From Tricharina praecox (Eukaryota), in the NCBI RefSeq assembly GCF_024521635.1, contig NW_026250431.1, positions 124,001-188,000 on the forward strand: 64,000 bases of DNA, given 5' to 3'. The translations under genes and the position numbers were made by a program. Under the pieces are notes generated by a model. It saw nothing but the letters and a program-made list of their open reading frames with translations, was not told the DNA's origin and searched no databases. Positions within the stretch are counted from its first letter, which is position 1; each line of letters starts with the position of its first letter. Shown in pieces: positions 35,084-46,014 of this stretch.

Positions 35084-37130
35084 TATTTACGCGTAGACCT
35101 GTTTGGATGTACTACCGGTATTTCGGAGACATGTGCTGCAATCAATTGCACAACCCACGACATTCCTGCTATGCTTGTATGGTACCTTTTCTGTGGTGGT
35201 ATGCTGGCATGCTGATAGGTACGCTGCTAGATTATGCTGAGCACATATGCTTCTGGTGCGCCATGCTTTCCCGGGCACTGGTGGTGGGACCATGCAATGG
35301 GTGGAAAATAACGGGCTGTCGGATAATATTCGCAGCTAGTTAAATGCACGGATCAAGCCGAGGTCCCTTCCAACTTCTCCTACATATGTGGAGAACGCCG
35401 TGTGAAGTCTAGATTTCTGTGCAAGGACTAACGCCCATGTGACCGGGAAATTGATCTAAACTCCAGGTAGATACATACGGTTATCGATAATCATCCAGCG
35501 ATGCCGCTAGCGTGGGACCCACCACCACTACTGAGTACTCTTCCATACACTCCCGCTTCAGCCGCATCCCTCTTTCTATGATTAGGGTCAGACCTGCCAA
35601 GAACTCGCCCCACAATTAACACACACGCCCCACCACAAAACCTCCACGACTCCTTCTCCACCTTCCTTCCTTCTTCACTTTGTTTCTTCACTTTCCTTCA
35701 TCACTTTCCTTCTTCCATCTTCACAGCACTTCCTCCCATACCTTCGCTACATTCCTACAAGCATCACTGTTGTAGAAATCCACGCTAACCGGCACACGAT
35801 GCCGACGATGCCGAAGATTCCACTTCCGGGCCGCCGCCGCAGTTCCGCAGCCGCTTTGGCGGCAGGCGGCAGGCCGCCCGAAAGGTTGCCAACAGGCACG
35901 GTGGCAGGCATCCTCCCATGTGACCACCCAATCCCCTAGTGCTCCCCCGACATCACTGTAGGGAGTTTCCAGATACCACCCCGGTGGTTTTGGGAGCACT
36001 ATTTATCCCTCCGTCCGACTTGGGTCGGTCGGCGACGACCCCACGACGGCAGTGAGGGTAGCAACAAGGAGCAGGGCGACGGCAGTGAGGACCTCATGCG
36101 GTGTCGGGCTGGCTTGTTTGGCTTTCATCTTTGATGGGCTCAGAAGGACAACCATACGACCAGACCGCCAGACGTCTACTTCATCATCGCTGCATTCTGG
36201 GGCGGCGGGTCGGAGTTTCCACTTATGATGGATGGATGGAGGGATGAAGAGATTAGGAGATGATGGATGTCCAGCCAACCGGCAAGAGATCGAGGTTTAC
36301 CAGCATGGCAGATTCCTGCCCGGGGCGGCCCCGTCCCAACGGACATGCCAATCCCGAACCGCGGCGGATCTAACTCTAAGATCTCGTGGTCCAACCTCGC
36401 CACGGTCCCTAGGGGCGCTGGATCACTGCCCCGGGCGGGAATACACGGCTTCATATGAGAAGCTCGTGGTGGTGCGGAAGTATGATCGTACGGACAGGTG
36501 GTAGAGAGATAGACGGGAAATAAGTGGTTGAACTGACTGACTACTTGGTTGAGAAACAAAAGAGCCGACAACATAGATGGTTTATTATTTATATACAGAG
36601 AGAAAACAAGAAATGCAGTACTATACTGGACGATGCCTGTCCTCCAAATCCCGAGCTTTCCCTTCCCTCATTGCGTATGAAAACGCTGCGTAAACCATCG
36701 CAATGTCCATTGTGAATGGTCATTGCGTGCCCTATATATTCGATTTAGATAATTCTTCTTTTTTTCCATTCCCGTCACTCGATGATTCCGTCTGCCTGTC
36801 TGTCGACCTACTATAATCGACTCGACTTTTGACGTTATTCGGCGAGAGTGGGTAGGAAAGAAGTGTGGCGGTTCGCAATAGTCTAGATAAGGTGCATGCG
36901 AAATAAACTGAAGATCTCTCTCTCTCTCTCTCGCCTCGACTTTGACTTCGACCTTTTATTAACGGAATGCTCAGCCTAGCCAAGTGCGCAGAAGCAAAAG
37001 CAAAAGCAAAAGTATTGGCGAATGCGAATGTGAAATTATCACCAGCAAGAATTAGGTACCGACAGCCGCCGGAAGTCCTGCCTGCCAAAATCCGAATGTG
37101 TTCAATCACCGAGCTCTCCAGAACACAATC
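35084..37130 (+). repeat. Composite repeat X copy 3 (carries empty insertion sites)
   Basis: Colinear with copy 1 but lacks the 19126 LINE fragment, the 21151 solo LTR and the 22004 LINE. Confidence 0.82.
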
Positions 37131-37721
37131 CCTCTAGTAGTTTCCCGGAAGCCTTCCTTACACCAGGGTGGCGATCGGCACCGACTTTAAAGGCGATCCC
37201 CGGCGGTGCCTCCGCGCCTAGAGCACCACTGCTGAGAGCACCGCTAGCAAGAGGCTGGGCGAGCAAGTCCAAAGGATATTTCGGCAAGGCTTCAATTATG
37301 ACGAGTGATATATTGTGTTGTGGAGTGCCCTCCCCTGCTGCCATCGCGACACATCTCTTCATGAGTTAGGTAGCACTTGCTGTCGGCTGGCATTGGTAGT
37401 GCGTGCATGTAGCTCTCGTAACATGGTTGGCTGTTGGGTGTCAATAGCTGTGGTTTTTGCTTACTTCGGATTCGGTGTCCTGAGTCGCGACGACGAAGCC
37501 AATGGAATGATCACCACGAATTTCCTAAGTCGTGAGAGGGTATCCGAAATAAAACGGTTGGCTGTTCTGTTGAATGTTGATAGCTGTATTTTCCGCCTTT
37601 TTCGTTCGGACTCGAGAGAATGCCCAATTTGCTCGTGGAAGAACTTTGCAGACTTCCTCACTTCTTCTCACTCGATGTTTGCATGATTGACGTCTTTTCT
37701 GAGCTCACGGCGAATTGCATA

Positions 37722-38339
37722 GCAAGAGCCGCCCGAATGCCCGCTGCGACTGGTGCCGCTACAAGACACAAACTCGGGAGCACCTCTTTAAAATTGCCCT
37801 GAATGGAAAAGTCAGCAAACGACTCTGGGCAGAAGTCCCGAAGCAGACAAGGAGGGGGAAAGACCGCTTCAAACTCCGGGACCTCTTCGCAGACAAGCAA
37901 TGCAGCAAGGCCATCTTAGAGTTCCTCTCTAGCACTGATGTGGGCAGACGAATTCTAGAGGCCGATGAGAAAGATGCAGCAAGCGAGGCATCCGAGTGGG
38001 AGCTCAGGGAACGAGGAGAGAGCGGAGCTGATGCGACTCGAGGAGGAGGGGGAGGAGGAGGGTGCCGAAGCCGAGGGAGAGGAGGGTGCTGAAGCTGAGC
38101 AGTCCAGCGGCGTAGAATAGCGGACCAGAAAGTTGCGGTGGAGGTGGGACGACTCGAGGGCGCCGGGGCGAGAAATACTTTCAGGAAAGGCCAGGGCGGA
38201 GGGCAGGGAAAGCCACATCGGACCGTTTGACGAAAGTTGGGCTGGACAGTGGCGTGGAAACGCGGGGGGCGCACGTGTAGATGACATTGCCATGATCTAG
38301 ATAGGTCGCATGCAATTAATGACTGAACAAAAAAAAAGA
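37722..38339 (+). mobile_element. 5'-truncated LINE 3' fragment (A-type tail) with 15-bp TSD
   Basis: ARCDWCRYKTQTREHLFK...DLFADKQCSKAILEFLSSTDVGRR followed by the conserved tail and A-tract. TSD ACGGCGAATTGCATA at 37707-37721 and 38340-38354. Confidence 0.92.
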
Positions 38340-38364
38340 ACGGCGAATTGCATACACCGCCCTT

Positions 38365-38819
38365 CAGTGTTCTACATAGTCCGGTCGGGACTGCAGTCCG
38401 GACTGGACGGACTGCCGAAAAGTAGTCCGTCCCGTCCATGGATTCCGAGGACTGGAGGGGACTGCAGTCCAATGCCAAGATATGAAGAAAATATTTTTCT
38501 TCTAGTAATCGCAAGATTACGCCAAACTCCGCCGAAAAAACTCTTCCCTATAACGTGACATTTTGGTGCGGCATCTTCCCATCACGTCATATTTTCCATC
38601 GTTTTTCTATTCTGCCTTATTTTGGCATGATTTTGCGATTACTGAAGGAAAACACTTTTCTCCATCTCTTGGCGTTGGACTGCAGTCGACTGCAGTCCGT
38701 CCTGACCTCAAACTCTTTTGGACTAGTCCGTCCGATTACCGCTCCCGGACGGACTGCCGAGATACAGTCCAGTCCGGTCCAAGGTCCAGGACTGACGGAC
38801 TGGACTATGTAGAACACTG
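38365..38819. mobile_element. hAT-type MITE (455 bp), second subfamily
   Basis: Perfect 18-bp TIR CAGTGTTCTACATAGTCC, perfect 8-bp TSD CCGCCCTT, and subterminal GGACTGCAGTCC/GGAC/GTCC arrays. Confidence 0.95.
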
Positions 38820-39847
38820 CCGCCCTTATTGCAATAGCAGAAGCTATTACAGATACCTCATCCGAACTTTCCAGTATCGATGGACAGAACAGTCCATAAG
38901 CCGCTGCTGTTCTACCAATATCCACAATAGGCCGTCGCAGTCTCCGCTCAGGTGCCCAAGCAGCATCTAGCCAGAAAAGGGCTCGGTTTACTACATGCAA
39001 CACAAAAAAGGCCTTCCGGAATCGGGGGTCGTATCCAGTCGGATGCTGGAGAGGAAGGCCCGGAGAGGAAGCTGGAGAGGAAGCTGGAGAGGAAGCTGGA
39101 GAGGAAGCCGGAAAGGGAATTGGATGGGTGTGAGAAATAGAAAGAGGGTGAAAAGCTGAGGCCGGGATGACTTGTAGATTCACTGATGAGCGGGGTGTAA
39201 AGATTTGAGTATTGAGTCGATAGAAACGTACTGACTGATATTATTGACTGCTGACATACCTCACTCCATCGCCCTGTTACGATGTCCGTGTATCTGCACA
39301 TACCTAGATTACGTCCGGTAGGCTGTTCTACTCGTAAAAGATTTCCTGATGGACTGGCCTAGCGACCACAATCCTCCCGGCAAGCTGGTCCATCGAGAAA
39401 GCATATCACCACAGACCGGTCTGCCCAGAATATTTCTCGATCGGCAGTCCGGTCTGCTCGCATAACCAGTCTCTTGTCCCAGAGACCGGCCTATTCATAA
39501 AAAGACCAATTTGCCGGGCAGGCTAGAACACACATCCGGTTCCACCCCAGAGTCTCTGACCGCTGGCCGCGAGCTCGGTCACTACGCTAGTTCCATAACA
39601 ACTCTAATGCCTACATGTGTTGCAATGAGGATTCTAAGTGATATGCAATGAAGAAGCTTTCGAGTGTTTTTGCTAGTTAATCCTGACACGGCGAGCAGCA
39701 GCATCTCTTTCGCTCTTAAACAACCATCTTCGACCCTACTACACCTTCTCTACTACATCACCTACAACCTGTATCACAACGCATTCCCTCCACATTCCCC
39801 CACACAACCTCACACAACCCCACAAAACCCCACCGACAAGACTCACC

Positions 39848-40297
39848 ATGCCGAATCCCGCTACTACTCCTTACCAGCACCCTCACCTTCAACTTTACCA
39901 TCCCGGCCTCCCCATGCGGACCCATGTGATCCAGTCAATCGTTCTTCTGTTCCTCATGGTAAGCTTCTACGTTTTCGTTTTGTTGGCTTCCATTCTCCGG
40001 GAGCACGACCACGAACTCAAGCACTGCGACCGCGACAATAAGAATTGCTCCCCCTCAAGCTGGTGATTCACCCTTCTTGTCATCGGCAGCTTCGCTCACG
40101 GTGGCCTGTTTACCCTAGTCCTGCTCTTTGGCTACCAGGGCTTCCTCCCCTTACGCATTCTCATGGCCAAGAGTGCCAACAAGGACCTCGAGAATGGAGG
40201 AGGTGTCAACGATGACAAGGAAACCAAGCTTTTTGTTCAATCGGCAATGGGAATCACCAGGAGCCTTCCAGGGCATGAACTATCATGGCCTCGATGA
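39848..40297 (+). pseudogene. Small membrane-protein ORF with an internal TGA at 40064-40066
   Basis: CACCATG start after a C/A-rich leader and one hydrophobic segment. The frame continues after the TGA with a second hydrophobic segment (FTLLVIGSFAHGGLFTLVLLFGY) and a polar tail. Confidence 0.45.
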
Positions 40298-40754
40298 CCG
40301 CGCTGGCGATGGCTACATCGGAGAAGGGGCACAGGTGACGGATAGCTCTCAGGCGACGTCGTACGGATTATGGCAAAATTCAGGGGAAGCTGGAGAGGAA
40401 GCTGGAGAGGAATTTGGTTTTTGGTTCAAGCCACGGTTCGGTTTTAGTTTTGTTTTTCACTCAGTACCTAATTGCTTGCGACCTGGACAGATCTCGTCAC
40501 ATTATCAAACGATGGGACGTGGCGAGAAAAGCCCTCTTCACCGTCGTCCGTGGAACAGCGACTTCCTCCGAGCCCAACGGGAATACAGCCACTGCAGCCA
40601 CTCCGAGCGATTCTTTCCTTCCTGGACACCACCATCAATAGTCGTCACAGGCAAACGGGTGCCCGCATTACTTAGGCACGGAAGACCCAGCCAACCGTCC
40701 GAAACAGCAGGGCAGACGCAGAACTCCCACCTCTCACCCATCCACCCGATCATC

Positions 40755-42430
40755 GCCGTCCATATATCCGTGCGTCACAGGCGACCCTTGCGGATATCAG
40801 TCCATCAATAGTGAGGGCGAGAAGGAACTGCCGGAAGTCATCCTGCCCAATAGACAACCACGAGAAACCGTCCGGAATGACGGCCGGCTGCACGACCGGG
40901 CAAAGGCACTATTGAAATGGCTGCCACTCGATTGCTTGGTGGAAATGGTATCCACTTTCTCCGGCTCACTTTCCCTACATCAGTCAACACATCTAAACTT
41001 CTTCCGTCAGTGTTTCGGCGTTGTGTGCGAGTAATGATTATGTGATGCATGCGATTCTGTCCAAGCATACTTTGTTGTAGCGCCGAATTTCATGCTATGG
41101 TGCCTAGTTTCATCTTCTTGCTGTAAAGAACCTCGGGCTCGAGTCGTAATTGCCGTACACTGTGCTTTTTTGCAACCCCCTTACCACGAAACAATGCACC
41201 GCTTCACACCTTAGCACTCGTGATTTTGTGTGATGAGCTCCGTGCTGTTCTCCTCAAATAATCCGGGATCACTTCGCAGACGAGCGATGCAGCAAGGCCA
41301 TGCTGGATTTCCTCTCCACCACTGATGTGGGTAGACGAATGCTAGAGGCCGGTGACGAAGATGGAGCAAGCGAGGTATCCGAGTGGGAGCTAAGGGAGCG
41401 GGAAGATACAGCGGCGCTGAGGCGACTCGAGGAGGAGGAGGAGGGTGCCGAAGCTGAGGAGGAGGGCGCTGAAGCTGAGAAGCCAAGCGAGGTAGAATAG
41501 CGGACCAGAGACTTGCGGTGGAGGTGGACGCGGGGGCGGGGCGAGCGGTGGAGGCGGACGTGGCGGGGAACAATCGTTGCCTCCTCCAAGTTCTGTGTCT
41601 GCTTGGTGCGCTCACATACTGTCGGGAAAGGCCAGGGCGGAGGGTAGGGAAAGCCACATTGGGCCGCCTGATGAAAGTTTAGTTGGACAGTGGCGTGGAA
41701 ACGGGGGGTGCATGGGTAGACGATATTGCCATGATCAAGATAGGTCGCATGCAATCAATGAATGAACAAACAAAAAGTATCCTACTTCTGAGTACTTAGT
41801 TGTTGACGACAAATAATTCTTCCGTGTTGGAGTGAACGATTCGGATGTCCATTTCGCCCAGGGATGACTGATCGAGTGCGTGCCGAGTGTCGGATTACCG
41901 ATGTTTGGCCATGATGTATCTGGCAAAGTCACCGTCCATATGTCCGTTCCTCGCAGGCGACCCATGCGGTAACCAATCCATCGATAGTGAGGACGAGAAG
42001 GAAATACCGGAAGTCATCCTGCAAAATTGACAACCACGAGAAACCGTCCGAAATGACGGCCGGCTGCACGACCGGGCAAAGGCACTATTGAAATGGCTGC
42101 CACTCGATTGCTTGGTGGAAATGGTATCCACTTTCTCCGGCTCACTTTCCCTACATCAGTCAACACATCTCAACTTCTTTCGTCAGTGTTTCGGCATCGC
42201 GTGCGAGTGATGACCATGTGATGCATGCGATTCTGTCCAAGCATACCCTGTTGTAGCGCCGAATTTCATGCTATGGTGCCTGGTTTCATTCTGGCTGTAA
42301 AGAACCTCGGTTTCGTGTCGATAATTGCCGTACACGTTGCTGTTGTGCAGCTCCCTTGCCACATCACAATGCGCCGCTTCATGCCATAGCACTCGTGATC
42401 TGGTGTGATGAGCTCCGTGCTGTTCTCCTT
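40755..42430. repeat. Direct repeat pair of ~500 bp (40755-41258 and 41932-42430)
   Basis: Long near-identical stretch GACAACCACGAGAAACCGTCC...CAGTCAACACATCT in both copies. Confidence 0.9.
41270..41776 (+). mobile_element. LINE 3' fragment (A-type tail)
   Basis: FADERCSKAMLDFLSTTDVGRR plus acidic C-terminus, then the conserved tail. Confidence 0.88.
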
Positions 42431-42549
42431 ATATAGCGAGTACTCAACATCCTATCGGCTGAAGCCCCGGCTCTGCCTGACAGGCCAGTACCTCTAGTGG
42501 ACGAAGAGCCGGCCAGATTCAGGCTGTGGATGGTGTAGCTAGAAGGCCC

Positions 42550-43190
42550 AGATCCGGGAGCATCTTCTCGAATCCTGTCAGGAATGGAAAAGTCCGCAAA
42601 AGATCTTATAGGCATAGGTCCGTAAGGAGACAGGGAGGGGCAAAGACCGCTTCAATATCCGAGACCTCTTCGCTGACGAACGGTGTAGCCAGGTCATCCT
42701 AGACTTTCTCTCCTCCACTGGTGTGGGCAGACGAATCCCAGAGGCCACTAAGAAAGATGCAGCAAGTAAGGTGTCCGATTTGGAGCTCAGGGGGTGAGAA
42801 GATAGGGAAGCGGAGCTTCGAGGAGGGAACCGCTGAGGTCGAGGAACCAAGATCATTCCGGCTGTTCCTCCTATTGCTCGCGTTCATGGCATTTCCTGTT
42901 GAAGTGGCAGGAGGCGGCGAGGCGAAATGAAACTCGCGGTGGAGTAGGGAAGGGTCGTCGAGGGAGCGGACGATTCGAGGGAGCGGAAGTTGTCTTTTCC
43001 AAGTGTCCTTTCCTTGGTGCGTTCTATCTTCATTGCTGAGACTAGCCGGGGCGGAGGGCAATGAAAGCCACTTCGGGCCGCTCGATGAAAGTCGAGATTG
43101 GACAGTGGCGTGGAAACGGAGTGGGTATTTGGGTGGATAATGCCATGATCTAGATAGGTCGCATGCAATCAATGAGTAAACAAGAAAAAA
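42550..43190 (+). mobile_element. Degenerate LINE 3' fragment (A-type tail)
   Basis: Nucleotide similarity to 37780-38010 (GACCTCTTCGCTGACGAACGGTGTAGC..) plus the conserved tail at 43045-43190. Confidence 0.82.
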
Positions 43191-43210
43191 GACGATTACC
43201 AGGAGGGGAA

Positions 43211-43251
<41 letters not shown>

Positions 43252-44679
43252 AGAGACGGTTGCGATGGGCTCGCACCGTGTATTCGGATGTAATTCAGTT
43301 CGTGCTTTGCTCGGTCATGCTGAGTGAGTTTAGTGAGTTTGCGTAGTTGCTGAGAAAATCCACAGGGCCGTTCGCGATATCGAGAGTAGACCAGACAGCC
43401 CTCTAAAAGGTATAGCGACGGCCTGCCGCCAGAAAATGTCGTGTCTTTCCCAGTGCCGTCGCCATTGCCATTACCGTTGCCATTTTCAACGTCCTCGCTA
43501 TCTCCATCCGCTTCTCATCATACCACGTCCTTCTCTTGACAAACAGGTCGGCATTCTCGGGGGGATCCTATGCCATCTCAGGCAATCGCCGTAAATTGTA
43601 GCCAGGAATCGATAATCTGCCAATGCCGTAATGCTCTCCAGCTTGTCATCGATAATGCCTACAGATGTCGCAAACCCGTCCAGTGATTAGCATTTAGAAG
43701 ACATCGAGCATGAGATAGGTACGCTACCGTTCGATCCCCGAGCTTGAAGATACACTCGATCTCGGTATATAGAGTACATAGCACTGCATAGGCACGGTCG
43801 AATCCTGCAAGGCAGTGGATGGCCCAGCAGCTGCTCTCTGCCGGTCTGCGGCACTTGATCCCCCGACTCTCGAGACCTCGCCGGTACAGGTATCGGACGT
43901 ACGGACATGTAGTGATGCCGCTGTGACTGGGCGTGTATTCGACCGTGTTCGAGTCCGGTATATTGAGATCGTCCCTTCGCATTTATTCGGTCGGTTGAGG
44001 CGGTCTGCTCGGTTCGGTGGTGTAGGTTTCGACAGCGGCGTGGGAACCCGTGTAGTCCAAAGCGAGGAATCAGCAGGAGGCGGGCGGTGATATTCGAGGA
44101 TATGTGTGGAAGTAACGGTATTGGCCAGACTGAGATGGTGTACCTGAGCGGTGGTATTGGTAGGAGGCACGGAATATGCCCCTGGCAGGAGTGACCCCAC
44201 GCCACGCGCTCCCCACATCACGCATCACTCACGTACCCGCAGTCATCACATCACAGGCCGCATCGATTGCTTCATTGTAAAGGCAAATACAAACAGCAGC
44301 ACATTTCTAATTAGGAGATGCTATCTAGAGAATGGAGCCTCAGAACGAGAAATTACAACAAAAGCAACAGAGAAAGCTACTAAATCTATAGTACACATTA
44401 CGGCCGTAGGTGACCAATTCAGCGTAAAAGCAAACAACAACACCAACGCCACCACGAGCAAGGCATGTATAGCAGCCCAAAAGTAGGAAAAAGACAGCCC
44501 GATATCATGATCACCGATGCAATGGAACTGAAAAATGCGACAAAGTAAGAAAAAGAGAAGAAGAGACCGAAACAACTGAATGGAACTACCGCAGGATTTC
44601 CGAAAACAAAACGTGCCCATCCTCCAGAAGCCTTCCATGAAAATAACACGTGCCTTCGTAACGACAGTCTATTCCAGCT

Positions 44680-46014
44680 CTAGAGCCAGTAGAAACCCAG
44701 CAAGAGGATTACGGTAATCCAGAAGGTGTATGAGAGTGGCTTCGAGACCATTGCGGCGTTGACTGACTTGCCGTAGATGCTCTGGTTAATAGCTTTATAG
44801 CCATCCTTGTAGAAGAAGTAGACATCTCCAGTCGGTGGAGGACCCTTCTGTTCCGGGATAGGACAGTAGATTTCGGGACCCTCACGACCCGTGCAACGCA
44901 ACCTATGGTCGTATTGCCGGACTGGATCTGTTGAGTTAAAGTAGGCTTTGACGTAAGACACAACAATCTTTGCATCCTCTTCCGGAGGTCCACCCGACCA
45001 CAATGGCTGTCCGTTCGACCAGTGTGACAAGACCATCTTTCCAGCAACGGAGGGGACGTAACGGGTGTCGTTCATGTCATGCAGCCACACTCCATCCACA
45101 TAAAAGGAGACCTTCTCGGGAGACCAATCTATACCCCAGTTAACGGGTCCAATGAAAGATATAGGAGTGGGTGGTTTACCGAAGCGGTACTCGTGAAATC
45201 CTGTCGAGGGATGAAAAGGAAGATTCACCACCTTGTAGTTTCCCGTCTTCTTGGCGTCACCACCATAGCGCTGACTCAGGGTGGAATGGAGAACGAGGTG
45301 GAGGGGGTATTTGGGCGTCCTGGACTCGAACTGTTGAGACAAAAACTCCATGTCGATCTCTTGAGTATCATTCAGATACCTAAACCACCGGTTAGCTTCC
45401 GTCACTCAGCTACACCTATTCCCACTCCACTTACCAAAAGAAAGCAGCACAGGTTCCGTTGACAGGCGTGGCCTGCATACCGGTCCGGAAGGTTCCGTAT
45501 TTCATATCCCGGCGGATACTGTCAATCTCGGAGCCACTGATGTAAGTGTCTTCGATCAACCCAGGTCGGACCCACAGCTCAAGACCCGCAGTGTTGCCAT
45601 TCTTGCCCAAAGTCTTATTCCCGTTCTTATCTTCGACCAGTGGATTTGAAATCACATTCCGTGCCTGGAGGATACGTCCGTACGGGCCCTTGGACATTTT
45701 CGCGGAGACGTTCCACTGCTGAACGGTCCAATCGGAATCGGCCGTGATATTCTTGAGGGTTTGGAAATCGGATTCAAACGCATCTGTGTAGATGCCGAGA
45801 GTCTTGTTCATTCCATCTTTCAACATGTAGCCGCATTCGCATTCGGCTGTTATTGTCACGGTCAGCTCTTGTAATTACTACAAACCAGCAAAGCAACAAT
45901 CCGCCGTCTATTGTGCATGGAGAGAATCTTACCGAGGACTTGGACTTGGATGGCAGCAAACATGATGGCAACGGCCATCATGAAGCGGATGAGAAAAGCA
46001 TTGGAGGGAATCAT
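44680..46014 (-). CDS. Secreted GH16 glycoside hydrolase, probably GPI- or membrane-anchored; 4 exons (46014-45933, 45846-45435, 45379-45180, 45128-44680)
   Basis: Signal peptide MIPSNAFLIRFMMAVAIMFAAIQVQVLA, catalytic EIDME motif, FHEYRF/DW, SHWSNG..WSGGPP and hydrophobic C-terminus. Three GT-AG introns keep the frame. Confidence 0.92.

Noticed and set aside
41660..41705. CTGATGA...GAAAC hammerhead-like core in the LINE tail
   Set aside because: CTGATGA is not conserved in other copies (CTCGGTGCAA, TTTGACGAAA) and is part of the GNRA hairpin. Stems I-III cannot be built.
43440..44205. Minus-strand ORFs with a possible intron
   Set aside because: No recognisable domain, and the start and frame are ambiguous.
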